A stretch of DNA of 63,000 bases, filler included, from Atractiella rhizophila (GCA_021432655.1; 25 parts of 25 records of this genome joined end to end with filler, not necessarily neighbours in it); one strand, 5' to 3'; positions 1-12,859 are shown, counted from the whole stretch's first letter. Translations and numbers: made by a program. Notes: a model not told the origin generated them from the letters alone.

Positions 1-1760
1 TAAAACTTGAATATGACTCAACATATCTTCTGACATCCTTTGTCACGTTCTTCCAGTACTATGACTGCGACACCAAAGCACTGTCTTTGTGTACCCAAAT
101 TACCCGATGTTTCTGAATTGTGTAATTCCTATACAGTTTCAAAGGAGTTAGAGGAGGAACTAGCTGTGGAAAGGTGAATGAGGTACCAAAGAGCAACTTG
201 ACGGAATCTGATTGCCGTGATTGATAGGGTTGGCATAGGGATGAATGTGTGAGCGAAGGTAGCTTTCATGCTCCACAAGTATCGTTCACCACTAAATGTC
301 CAAGTTGCCTATGAAGGTCTAAGCTAGTCTTAATAGTCTACAATGTGGAGGAGAGAGTGAAGAATATTGGACAGGCCAGAAGGTGATCATACGTGTACTG
401 GTTGTAGAGCACTTGGTACTTTACCACCTAGTTTGTTAGTTCTTCCCTCAACTCTGACAGAGATCTTGCTTCTCCATTAAATACTGGACACATGGGAGGA
501 CTATCGTCCTCCAGTCCAAGAAATGTTGATAGTAAGGCTGCTTTAAATGATCTCAAAGTATAAAAGGTCCGGTAAAGATAACAAAGTTGGCAAAATCCTC
601 TGTAGTAAGATTCGAACGGTCATCATGAAGTTGGTGAAAGTGCTGTCCAACAGAGGATGGGATCATCTTCATTGCGTTTTCGATGTCCTTTCCATCAACA
701 CCAATCCTCCTTCGAAATCACATAATCTTCCTTATTATCCTTATCAAACTCCTTCAAGACTCCAAATATGCGCAAGTTCTTAGTCATGTTCTCAATGGCC
801 AGATGCATAAAGTCCAATATGAAGGACCAGGGAAAGATAATTCTTGTGGTGGCAAGACTGAGTAGGATAAAGATTGAGATCATAAACAATCCCAGGCCAG
901 CAGTCATATTTTCTATATTTGAAGAGCTAGAATCAATCGGAATAGAATCCTAGAGCGATATATCTTGGGTCCTCAAAAGGTTTGTATTTCTGTTTCTCCC
1001 CATCAATCACAACATATCTGCTCTTGAGCCTTTAATAATGCTTGTCATCAAGGAGATTACATGGCTTCCCTTTCTGATTGTGTGTTTGCTCCAAAAAAAC
1101 ATTTGTTCACCCATCTCCTCATTGCCCATTGCTGCCCATAGTTGAGGAACGAGAGGGATATACTTCCACACCTTCTGTCAGGCTTGCCCCTACGCAATAC
1201 CGAATATACCATCCAAAGTCACGTGACCACTTTACCACGTCAGTGGATCACGTGCTTACCTATTGCCGCTTTGCTCATGCCCGTGCTGTTCTCCGCTTTC
1301 CCCTTTCTCACACAAATCGTCGCTCAGCAAACCTTATACATTTTGCTGGCCTACAACGTCCCCATTTTCGCCTTATTATCCTTTCTCACTAGTACTGCTC
1401 AGGATATCTTATTTCCAAGTATTCCCTTTATTGTTTTCCTGATCTAGCTACCTTACATGTTTCAAGAAACATATGTTACCGTTTATGACAGTGCCTTTAC
1501 ATATGTATATATACATCGAGACGTAGTGGTGGTGACCTTAGAGTATTCACTTAGGTTTACCTCCACTACAGGTTAGTCTTCTCATGCCATACTATTCTCT
1601 TAGGTTTACCTCCACTACAGACACATCGCCTGTCGGCGACCGCACATAGTGTTTGGCCCAACACCTTCCTTGTATTTGTGTCGTTGTCATAGCGAGGTTT
1701 GTTGCAATAAGGGCAGTGTGCATGAGACTCATAAAGAGGACAATTGAAATTAACACGAGT
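1..1760 (-). pseudogene. Degenerate CACTA/En-Spm (Tnp2, Transposase_21-like) transposase
   Basis: Minus-strand reading gives CPYCNKPRYD..WKYIPLVPQL, FEDPRYIALGFYSD*F*LFKYRKYDCWP, FPWSFILDFMHLAIEN, PYYQHF, HSLLHIVDY..WTFSGERY and HPYANP. These resemble basidiomycete CACTA transposase motifs. Many stops and frameshifts, and an apparent internal deletion near 840. Confidence 0.8.
1176..1663. mobile_element. Solo LTR (488 bp) inserted in the CACTA transposase
   Basis: TG...CA ends (TGTCAGG...CCCAACA) flanked by a 5-bp direct repeat CCTTC (1171-1175 and 1664-1668). Removing it restores the frame TNTRKVWKYIPL. Internal 28-bp near-perfect repeat at 1544-1571 and 1593-1620. Confidence 0.8.
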
Positions 1761-2479
1761 TTATGCAGCATGCAAACTTTTTCACTCTGAGTTCAGCAAG
1801 CTTTCCAAGTTTCCGGACTAGCTTAGGTAGGCTTGCAATCTCCAGCTTGTCTGATCATCCACATCTTGCTCATCAAAGTATTCTTCTGTTGATGGCCCAT
1901 TTTCAGGTGGTGCATCAAACTAGGCCGCTTGACCAATCTCTGTGGCTTCTTCTACTTCATCCCATCCATCGTCAACTTTTTAATGGCCAATGAGTGGTAC
2001 ATGGTCAACATCCATGCTTTCAAGACCACCTCCTGTATTGGAGCAATCCAAATCATCGCTGAACCAATGAGAGAAAATGTTTTCAAACCGCTATAGCACT
2101 AGCCCCTTATTTCATTTCCACCTTACTGCTTTGCATGGAGAAACATGCTGTTTGAAACTGGATTGATTCCCATAGTCTCCACCGTGATACAGATTTTTCC
2201 TGTTTTTCAATCCAGTCACTTTCCAGTAAGTTGCTGTTTTATTCCAGTTCATAATGACAACTATTACCGTTTCCAACTTGCTTTACATCGAAGCTTTTCT
2301 TGTAAAAAGGGTTCCACGGTGTGGTCTGTTTCTATTGATGTCGATTGCACTCTCCAGCTTCAATCATGAATAGCTTTGCTGATGGATGCTCTTAGTGTTC
2401 CACTACTTCAAATCAAAGGCCGAGCAATCCGACATCGGTTCAGCATTAGGAAAGGGCCTGCAACCGTCCAGCGGCCTGG

Positions 2480-2579
2480 NNNNNNNNNNNNNNNNNNNNN
2501 NNNNNNNNNNNNNNNNNNNNNNNTTAATTAATTAANNNNNNNNNNNNNNNNNNNNNNNNNNNNNNNNNNNNNNNNNNNN
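2480..2579. other. Artificial contig linker (first of 24, recurring about every 2.5 kb up to 60538-60637)
   Basis: The same N-run/TTAATTAATTAA/N-run spacer (stops in all six frames) recurs; contig lengths fall from about 2480 to about 2360 nt. Confidence 0.98.
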
Positions 2580-3291
2580 CGTTGCTGCCGCCACGCTTTC
2601 CAAGTCAAAGAAAAATAAGGACGAGCTCGACCCTGAACCTAAGACTCCGATGCTCGATGCGGGTGAAGCCGATCTGCCTTTCTCTCCGTCCAAGGATAGT
2701 TCGAACGGGCGGACCACTGCAGAGGATGAGGAAGAAGATTATGGTGTTAGAGGCGAGAAGGCGACCGCGATCGTGGATCCGTATCTCCCTCCCGATGAAG
2801 AGGTTGGAGAGGGATCTTCAGCATATCCCGCTGGTGCTGCACCGAGTGCATGGAGGAGGAGGGAGAGGGACGCAGAGGAGGGCTCGCTTCGAACGACCGC
2901 TTCTTCGCAATGGGCACATTCCACTGACGGAGGCGTACGTCGCATGTCTTCCACCGCCAAACCTCGAGCATCCACATCTCAGCCATTCCGACCGAGGATC
3001 GTCAACCCGGACGAGGTTCAAGCAGAGGTCGTGGAGGACGATGGACAGGAGAGAATATCAGTAGACGACGGTGTCCTTGCCTTCCTTCGTAGTGGAGACG
3101 ACGACAGGGGAGAGGGGAGCTCATCACGACCAGCTGGGGCACGAGCTAGCGTGCCAGAGAAGGCAGGGCTGTATCGACCTTCAGCAGAAAGGGCTCAAAG
3201 GAAGATCATGCAGCATGAAGATGGCGGTGCCGTGCCTGTCGGAGAAGAGGAAGTGCTTCCCCCCACTTACGACAGTGTGAAGGGGAAATGA
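2580..3291 (+). CDS. C-terminal part of a hypothetical protein with a disordered tail ending QHEDGG..LPPTY (PPxY motif)
   Basis: Open frame from the contig edge to the stop at 3291. The QHED.G/PPxY tail is common in fungal membrane proteins. Confidence 0.55.
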
Positions 3292-3766
3292 TCACGGATT
3301 GACATGGGTGGGATGGATGGACCTTTTTCTGACTGTGAATAAAATATGATGGACTGGCTTCAGTTTCTTTCAACGTCGTTGCTTGCGTTACCTGTCAGTC
3401 TTTCTCTTTTGATAAGACCAAGCGTAGAATTGTCTCAATAGTTTCTGTCCTTTCATCTGTACTACCATCACCTCCATCTCCCATCCTCCCAATACCGAGC
3501 TTTTAACTATCAAAATATTGAATACTATCGCTATATCCAGACTGTATCCAGCCCGACTGACGTATGTCATACTTTTGGATTCCTAAGGAAGCATCTGTTA
3601 CTCGTACACTATTCAAACTGAAGAATTTGTTTGGAGAAAAGCACTGATTGACAATGATGGGATTATTGTTGGGGGAATGCAGCAAGGATTGAGAGGGATG
3701 GGATGCAACAAAGTATTCACAATTTTCGACACAGCCGTGAGCAGTTCCTGTGGTGGAGGTCCTTGA

Positions 3767-5058
3767 TCAAGGATGGCCGTTAGGTCGCACAGGGGTAACG
3801 TTCCCGCTGCCTTCGGGCGTGTTCTCACTGCCCATCAGGTCTCGTACCTCGCGGGGGATGAGGGATTTCGCCTTCGTCCCTCCTTCTTTGAAAGCGACCT
3901 CGAGCTCCGCCGAAATCTGTTTGTTCCATAATGCTAGCGACATTGCAGTAAAAATTCAGCAAGAGTTCGAGGAGGGATTGGGTAGACGTACCAGCATACA
4001 GACCTCCTTTTGCCAGCAACTCTTGATGAGTTCCCTGCTCGGCTACGGTTCCGTCTTGAATGACGAGTATGAGATCGGAGTGCACGACGGTGGACAGTCG
4101 ATGGGCAATCGAGATCGTGGTTCTTCCTTTGATGAGCTCTGTGAGTGCAGATTGGATCTCTCGCTCCGTATGTGTGTCCAGAGCACTGGTAGCTTCGTCC
4201 AGGAGCAGGATGGGAGGGTTCTTCAGGATCGTCCTCGCTATGCTGACACGTTGTTTCTACCATCACGGAGTGCAGCGCATTAGATGTCATAGCGAATGAA
4301 AGGATTGAGAACGAACCTCGCCGCCTGATAATCGGATGCCTCGTTCTCCCACAACAGTAGAATACCCATCTGGGAAAGAGAGCACGCGATCGTGGATTTG
4401 TGCTGCCTTGGCTGCAGAAACGATGCTCTCTTCGTCCGCTGTTGGATCACCGTATCCAATGTCTGCCACAACGCCATCAGTCGCTCTCCCCCACTCGTCT
4501 CCAAAGAAGGATACGTACTGTATCTCACCGTCTCATTGAACAGGATGGAATCTTGAGGAACCACTCCGATTTGAGAGCGGAGCGAGTGTTGCGTAAGAGA
4601 ACGAAGGTCGTGGCCATCCTATCCCACAAACTTCAGTAATGGGACACTAAACGGCTCAGAAAGTGACTGACGATCTTGATCGACCCTTCATTGATATCAT
4701 AAAAGCGATACAACAGCCTCAGAATCTGTCAGTACCATTCCATCAGCGTGGTCTATAAAAGGGAGGCGAAGGACGCACACTGCTTTTACCGGCGCCACTC
4801 TCTCCAACCAAGGCCACAGATGTCCCAGCCGGGATCTTAAACGAGAGGCTGTTGAGAGCCGTACGTTTCCCATCGTACGAGAAAGACACGTTATCTACGT
4901 TTCACAACAGATTCATCAGCATCAATCTTCCTCGACTGGGAGAACTGCGAGAGAGGTGCTGAAGTGAACGAACCGAACTCGACGTCTCCTTTCACTTGGA
5001 TTTCTTGGGCATCTGGGGAATCCTTGATCTCTTGTTCTTCCTGTACCATATCCAATAA
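3767..5058 (-). CDS. Half-size ABCB transporter, HMT1/ATM1/ABCB6 type; 3' part with the nucleotide-binding domain, multi-exon
   Basis: Walker [10 protein letters not shown]-loop VPQDSILFN, signature [16 protein letters not shown], Walker [13 protein letters not shown] and H-loop IAHRLST across GT-AG introns. Confidence 0.9.
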
Positions 5059-5158
5059 NNNNNNNNNNNNNNNNNNNNNNNNNNNNNNNNNNNNNNNNNN
5101 NNTTAATTAATTAANNNNNNNNNNNNNNNNNNNNNNNNNNNNNNNNNNNNNNNNNNNN

Positions 5159-5735
5159 ACATCGTCTTCTGCAACTTCCATCTCGACATCGTTCTCCGTG
5201 CTCAAGGAAGGATCGATAGCTATGATCGACTCTGGACTGTAGTTCTGTGGCGAAAGGTGGATATCATTCCTAGAAATACTAGCGAAAGAAGGGCCACTGA
5301 ATGGCTCGTCGAGGCGTCTTCCATCCTCACCGCGGCCATTCGAGGGACGGGGGCGAGACGAGGGATAAGCAGAAGATAAAGGCGAGTTATGAAGCTGTTG
5401 GGGTGGAAGAACGTCAATGGCAGCGTTGAAAGAAGGTTGCGAGGAGGATGAGGGGACGGCGACGTCGTCGTAGGAGCATATTCGAGGCTTGACTGCCTCT
5501 CCTTTCCTATGTCGCGGCGGCTTCGAGCATGGACCGCATGGTCTTCCTCCGTCGCATCGTATTTTTCGCTGCAACAAAACAAAGCACGTCAGATAGGCTG
5601 GTTTGGTGACTTTGAGGGACACACCTTGTGGCAGTTGGTGCAGGCCTCGTATCTTGTTTCCCTGTTCATTAACGTTCCCCTCGATGGATGAGACACTCAC
5701 CGTCCAAGTGTTCGCGGGCGGGTGGCGGTAGACAT
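5159..5735 (-). CDS. Zn(II)2Cys6 transcription factor, 5' part
   Basis: Spliced reading gives ACTNCHK|RKIRCDGGRPCGPCSK...ICSY, with all six cysteines of the fungal binuclear cluster. Confidence 0.88.
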
Positions 5736-5995
5736 GACCTCTTCATTCACTTGGTTGGTTGATGGAGCTGAGGTTATTCATGGCTTGCATCGGTCATTTA
5801 GACTCCGATTTCGGCTACCGATTTCGGCATTCGGCATAACTTTATGATGCATTGAAGCTCATCAACAGTCATTAGAAGACGCATCAACATCATCAACTCC
5901 CTTCTCTCGCCTTCTCGAACGATCGAAGATTGCTCATCGTCGGAGGATACCCTCGGCAGATAAGACCCTTACCCGGCCACTCACGACGTGCCACG

Positions 5996-7289
5996 ATGCT
6001 CAAGAGGGTGTTCAACGAGTTTAAGGAGGACAACAGAGGCAAGAAGATGTTCGACAGACCCCTCTTCGGCACAGCTCCTCCTCCCAAAGAGAACCCCACA
6101 GCTTCATCCCCCGCCAGTGGCAAAGAGGGAGACGGCACGGGGCGCGAACAAGATCTGAAGGCGGAGGTGGAGGCGTTGAGGAGGAAGCTGGAAGAATCAG
6201 AGAAGGTCTGTCCCTCCCGTTTTGCTTACTCTTGCTGCTACGTAATGGGATGTGGAACTGAAGTCGTGTGCTTACGGTTAGGAACGGAAAGCCCAGCGTC
6301 AGCAGGTTTACGAGCTGCAGGACGACCTGCGCACCCGTGAAGCGCTCCAGGACGACTTGTCGAACGCGAACGAGTCCCTGTCCAGCGAGCTATCGAAGGC
6401 CAAGAGCGAGATTTCGAACCTTTTGGCGAATTTGGACAAGGTGCCTCCCAATTATCATGCTCTGTTGGAGAGCTGGAAGAAGCAGAAGGACTTTGTGGAA
6501 CAGCTCAGGGAATGTGTGGTGTGTCCGATGTGTTATGAATACTTGAAGAAGGAGCAGTGGGCAAGTTTGCGGTGCGTTTGCTTCGTGATCAATAGGTGGG
6601 GAATCAAAATGACAGGAAGGATAGGTGCGGGCATTGCTTCTGCTTAGACTGTTTGGACAAGTACTCTGCCTCGCACAAGGTATGTCGTCCCTCCCATCAT
6701 TCCAGCAGAAGCCATGTCTGAATCCAACCCATCGCGCAGGATCAATGGAAGAAGAACCCTAACGTACAAGGCAGCTATCCAGGGTTCGTTCATCTCCTTT
6801 ATTCCTCTCAAATCCCATAAAATCCTAATCGAACATGATCCCAGGTACGACTGTCCCGAATGTCGCCTTCCCGTCTTCTCCGCCTCATCAAAAGATTCGC
6901 CCTTCGCGGCCGGGCATCCGGGTCTGAAGAACGGGATGTGGCGAGTATGGATCCTGGAAGAGATCGTCCGTCATCTGGAGAAGAGGGAGGAGAAAGAAGA
7001 GAAGGAGAAGGAGGATTGGGAGAAGCAGCTCCAGGGCATGTTGAAGGGACAATCGTCAGTGGGGGAGAAGAAGGAAGAGGAGGAGAAGATGGATGTCGAT
7101 GAACCGGTCGAGAAGGATTATACCCTGTGAGCTCCTCTATCCCTCACTTACCATCGCCCTCGGCCTCAATGACTGACCCCTTGTTGGGACAGGAACTTGA
7201 ATGGCCGAGAGCGACATCCGTACTCATCTTCTCCTGCCCCCTCGCCTCTTTCAACCTCTCCGTTGGATTCATCTCCACCGTTAAATTGA
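5996..7289 (+). CDS. Coiled-coil plus C3HC4 RING-finger protein (putative E3 ligase), multi-exon
   Basis: Spliced CPMC..CGHCFCLDC..YDCPECR after a coiled-coil stretch. The last exon is uncertain: the stop is at 7130 if the final intron is not spliced. Confidence 0.8.
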
Positions 7290-7719
7290 GAAAGCGGGAG
7301 CAGACAGCATTAGTATTTATACCACCAACTGTAGATACGTTTAGACCTTTGTTCTTCCACCGTTTCCTCGCTGTCATCAGTGGTAGCAAATTTGTACAAT
7401 GGCAGTCAATGTACCATTTTTCAATACCACGCACTCTCATAAATTAAGCACAAGCGCAAGCAAGGAAGGGGTCGGGATGAGATCCCATTCAAAAAGGTTT
7501 CATTTCATCTTCATTCTCATTCGTTCTTTCATGCTTTCGACAAAACAAACAATCGCTCGCTCTCTAACACATTATTCTGTCCTCCCACCAGCTCCTGCAG
7601 CCGCAGCTCCCTGCGCGCTNNNNNNNNNNNNNNNNNNNNNNNNNNNNNNNNNNNNNNNNNNNNTTAATTAATTAANNNNNNNNNNNNNNNNNNNNNNNNN
7701 NNNNNNNNNNNNNNNNNNN

Positions 7720-9495
7720 TGAGGAGTATGAGCAGTCGAGGCGACTGCTTGGTGAGTTTCTCTCCTCTTGAGAGATCAGGTGAACATGACTTGATGCTCC
7801 TCGTTGGAAGGCCCTTGGTTTATAGGTCTTTCACTCGAGTTCATTCTTTATGGCATCCTTCTTGTACAATTTCACACTTGTAAGCCGATTCTTCTTCACA
7901 CTAGTTAGCACACAATTCATGGAACCTGCTAAAACTATCAGCACTACAAGGACGATCGTCGTTGGCTGAAACTCGTTGTCGCAGGACTATTTATCACTCA
8001 GCTCCTGAAGAGCATTCATTCTTTGTGAGCATTTTCAAAGCTTCCAGCTTCCTCCGCTTGACTCTTTTCGTCAGTGTAACCTGCTGGATCCAATTTGTGG
8101 CTTTTTTTACGGTGAGTCCTTTCAACGATAGAACGATTGTCTCAAAACTGCCTGCAGGATCTGCAAGGCGCTATTTTCCTATCATACACAGAGTGGTGGC
8201 AGAGTGCCTTCACTTTAATAGTACGTCTGCCATCCCTCGTTCTTTTAGTCACAGCTAATACACGGCAAGGACGCCTCTTGTGGTCTCTATGTGTACGCCT
8301 TGGCTACGAACAAACAAGGAGGAGGACTGACAACTGCGAATGGTAAAACAGTCAAGCTTACTTCTTATATCGATTATAGATAATCTGTAGGAAGTGGTGG
8401 GTTATCGCAATCATCGTCGCGGTCCTCATTTTCTCGTATATTTCCATCATCATTGCGGTGAGTGAAACCTTTGGGCAGTGCAGTGTCTAAAAGGTAAGGG
8501 CCGCAGACGATCCTCATCACGGAAGCCAAATTCAATCTCATAGCACGCTGGGTCGCTGGTCACTACAGGTGCGATACCGTCACTTTCACAAATCAAACCA
8601 GGAAGGCTCAAACGCTTGAATCTAGCGGTGTATTAGCAGGCGACATCCACATCGCAGCGTGCACGGCTTACTTTCTCCTCACACAAACAAAAAAGGCTAT
8701 TTTGCCTCAGTAGGATTACTTATTGATCTCTCCGAACGATCACTAAGCCTACACGGTTCCAGAACTCGCAACCTCATATTCGCACTGATCAAACTCTCCA
8801 TCCAATGTGCTGGTCCAGTAAGTCCGCTATTTGATTGCAAGAGATAGAAGTAATTCTATGACTTGAAGGCCGTAATCATTGCTGCCCTGAATCTCGGTAC
8901 GTCTTCTCCCTTCATCAAGAGGAACAAAGATGTCTCATGAACTTGCAGCATTTTCACAAGTGTGAGTTCGCCGTGCACTATTGACAAAAGCCCAAGGCTA
9001 AATTCTCCCACAGCTGCGATGGAACTGTTGATTTGAGCTCAGTGATCTTCAACATGGTTCTTGTCAGGTAGAGTCAACATCTTTACTCCAAGATTAATCT
9101 AAAGATGGGATGAAGGGTCTACGCATGGTTTATGATGGTACATCCCACCTTTTTGATCATTGACCTGCACATTCTAATGACATCGTTATAGTTTGTCCTC
9201 AATTCTCGGAAGTCGATCGTCCGCGCACACGGCACAAGCGCCTCTGAAACCATTTCAGAAAGCAGAACGGACAGGTTGGCCACCGACACGATTGGGACAC
9301 ACAAGACAAGGCGTCAAACACGGGTTCGCCTTCACCCCTCTGCCCTGGACACTTGACCTGATTATTCATGTGTTCATCTTAGGGATCCGACCTCGAGCTT
9401 GGTATCCAAGTTCATACCGGGACAGTAGAACACACTGAAATGCATGATATCGACGTAGGTCATCACGGTCAATTCCCAGACTGGTCTGAGGATTG
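7720..9495 (+). CDS. Multi-exon integral membrane protein, DUF6534-like; 5' partial
   Basis: Exons read PWFIGLSLEFILYGILLVQ, YKDDRRWLKLVV, TRNLIFALIKLSIQCAGP and VYAWFMM|FVLNSR, separated by many short introns. The 3' end is approximate. Confidence 0.65.
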
Positions 9496-10280
9496 AAATC
9501 GATAATCTAGCTCCGCAAGATGCATAACATCGATTCAAAACTGGGTCCTGATCGCCACGACGAACGGGAGTACTCGATCCGCAAAAACACCTTGATCGCA
9601 ATACTGTTGATATCACTGTACGGTAATTTTTGGTTAGCATTTGCGGATTGTATATGTGAGTTTGGATTGTTGTTCCATCAGTATATCTGGTTTGTATATT
9701 CACCAGGCGTGATGTCGGGATTCTTGATACCATTGTCATACTCGGTTTATCGTTGACCGGAAGATATGAGTAAAATCGTCCAATGAATTTTTTGCATCAT
9801 TCAACAATTTTCAGAGAGTGAACCGACCCAATTTGCAATCCCTAGGGTCATGATTAGGCAAATGTTCCCGTCAGTTTGAAGGCAAAACACATAGAGATGT
9901 GTTGAGGGCAGGTAATCGTAAAATTTCCTACCAATGTGTCCCCTCCCTCATCTACCTATATCCACACGCAGTCTCGGACCAGACTCCATGCGCTGCTGGA
10001 TATTCGAAGAAAAGCTACTACCATATTTTCCCTCGATATTTGTTCTTCGCAGGATTGGAAGCTCAGAACCCACAAGATTTATGTCCTCCCACCTACGTGG
10101 CCGAGCTGATTTGGTACAAAAGTATCGCTGGGTATTGACTTGTTTTGATCACATGGGTTCCGCCAGATGGATATGTGCAANNNNNNNNNNNNNNNNNNNN
10201 NNNNNNNNNNNNNNNNNNNNNNNNTTAATTAATTAANNNNNNNNNNNNNNNNNNNNNNNNNNNNNNNNNNNNNNNNNNNN

Positions 10281-10509
10281 GAACAAACACGAAACAGGTT
10301 GGATCCGACGAGAATCATTGAAACAAGTTCCAACTTTCTTCCCGGCAACCGTATTACGACGTATCCTCTTGATGGGAACGGACGCGACGTGAACTGAGGC
10401 CGTGAGGCATTCGTATCGTCCCAAGAACACATTTCGCCTTGACGGCCGGGTACGAGAACACGTATCGTACACGTACGTCTGCGCCGGGACGATACGATCC
10501 CCATCCCTA
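10281..10509. mobile_element. Probable hAT-type transposon terminus
   Basis: Ends ...GATCCCCATCCCTA (reverse complement TAGGGATGGGG, Ac-like TIR), preceded by CG-rich subterminal repeats CGTATCGT/ACGA; composition drops in GC after 10509. Confidence 0.5.
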
Positions 10510-11413
10510 ATCCTGTCTCCAGATTTCCAACACAGCATTGGCTATAAAAGCCTTTGAAAGCAGTTTTTCTCCCCAAGTTCTCGCACACGTATCAGTTGGC
10601 TTCATGCGTCGGAAAGATCCCATTTGGGGTTTCTTTTTCCCGGAGAGAAGCTGAACAGCATCCATTAAAGCCTACTGTAAGGGATGTGGAGGTGGGATCT
10701 GATGAAGAATTTAAGCACATTACTTTGAACTTTTATCCATTATCGAGAATTGCATGCCAAGAAACCCAATATTTGAAAGCTCCACAAAGGTCAGAAATGC
10801 TCAAAAACAACACCGTAGCTCAAGGGGTTATCAAGACTCAAGCTGTTGTTAAGGCTTAGTTAAGTTCAACAGCCTTTATTTGAATATCCTCCCTTTTTAA
10901 GGCCTTATGGCACAACACTGGGTTGAAAAGTATAAAGTATAACAAGGACTTTTCAACTTCTTCTTCATCCTCCTTGTTGACCAAAAAAAGATATTATTCT
11001 GCTTCTATAGTACATAACACTTGTACCAGGATACTATACTCTTTTTATGAACCCTCGTTTTGCAGGACAGTTTACGGCACTCTGTTGATCCTTTGGAGAA
11101 CCGCTCTGTGGGCGTTTATCACCCATCGGAGATCTATTGTTGCATCGACACATATTGTAGTCAATCAAAAGAGTCCCGAATAGGGTGACGTTTAGAGTTA
11201 CGGTTCAGGCCATGTATACGCAAAATTCGGCTCAGATGAGTATATAAAAGAAACCAGCCATTGTCTGATGTTCCTCCTCCACCTCATGATCAGGTTACAT
11301 CGTATATAATTAAAAGGTTTGTCGGCATTCAGTGGTGACTTCAAGGGGCATCTGTTCTCCTTTGTCCTTTTCATATCCTTTGTTTTCACGAGTTCTGTTC
11401 TCCAAACCCAAAA

Positions 11414-11730
11414 ATGAAGTTGGTCCCACTTTATTCATCTGTATCGTCATTGATGTGGATGATAGCCCCAACAAAAGCTTTATGTCGGTAATATCCCATA
11501 CAATCTCGACCATACCACGCTTCGAACGTTCTTTGTACAGTACGGGGCCCCCCAGGATTGTGTAATCATAACGGGAAAGAGACCCCGAATAGGAGCAGAG
11601 GTTATGGCTTCATCACCTTTCGGGATCGGAGAGACGCCATGGAAGTCCGTACACCACTTCGTACCGCAAACAACTGTCACTTATCCCCTTTTCCAACAGG
11701 TGTCGCTTTGAATGGTTTCCTCAATGTAAG
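11414..11730 (+). pseudogene. RRM RNA-binding protein with apparent frameshifts (pseudogene or sequencing errors)
   Basis: RNP2 KLYVGNIPY and RNP1 RSRGYGFITF lie in different frames, with the shifts in short homopolymer runs. Confidence 0.7.
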
Positions 11731-12859
11731 TCTCCTTTCCCTGACGTTCTCTCTTACATTACTGACTTAAGGGCAAGGGTAAGACCATGCTCTAGGTCTC
11801 GCTTCCAGTCAATGAGCTGAGATGTCAGTCAGATGCCAAAGCCCTCATCGTTGACTTCGATGCGAACTAATCTCTTTCATCGCCATTCTAGGTTAACGTA
11901 CAGCGTAGGATCCAAGCCGCGAAAGCAAAAATAGCTCGTGGCTTAGCGAGCCACCCCTCCATTCTTGCCTTTGTTACAAGTGTTGGTCAAGCTTGGACTG
12001 AAAATGTGGCCGGTATATCGCCTATTCGAGGCCCACATAGCATATTTTGCCAATGATACCATAATGTTCAACTTCTCAAGGATCAAAATGGATACACCAG
12101 TGCCAATTTGTCTATCCAGCTCTGAAGTGAGCGTAAAGGAGTCAAATGAACTACCTATCCACCTCAGAAATACGAGAAGCAGAAGAGTTGATTGATTGTG
12201 CAAGCTTAGATTCATGTCATTCCGCCTTTTTCGAATTCGCTAACCAAAAACTTGACAAGCACTGTAGCTTATCCGCCGATCCACTGTTACACCGAGAATG
12301 ACCTAGAATGTCTGTCGCTGCATGTCAATGAGCGATAACGTGAATGATAACAGAGCCTGTTGATGCTACCTGCTTGTGCTCTGCATATGTTACCACTCGT
12401 GTTATCGCCGATTTCAGATCCAAGATGAAATACATTCTGGCCTATCTGGATCTATACCGTTGATCGGTGCTGGAAAAGGATTGCTCGTCGAGTTTTTGGT
12501 TTGCGAATTGGAAAGGTGGAATGAGATGAATCTCTTGTTAGAATGGACAACTCACACACCCACCTCACTTCAGGCTTCTATAGGCATCCATTGGTGTGTT
12601 ATTTATGCCAATGGCCGATAATGGCTTGGCAATCTCAAGTGGGCGCCGCAACAGAGCAAACTGATGTCAAGATCTTCGATCGACTACAATATGCTAGTCT
12701 ATTCAACAATACGATAACTGCCCAAAGTTCTTCTTTCGNNNNNNNNNNNNNNNNNNNNNNNNNNNNNNNNNNNNNNNNNNNNTTAATTAATTAANNNNNN
12801 NNNNNNNNNNNNNNNNNNNNNNNNNNNNNNNNNNNNNNAAATAGTCCCCAGTTCACCGT

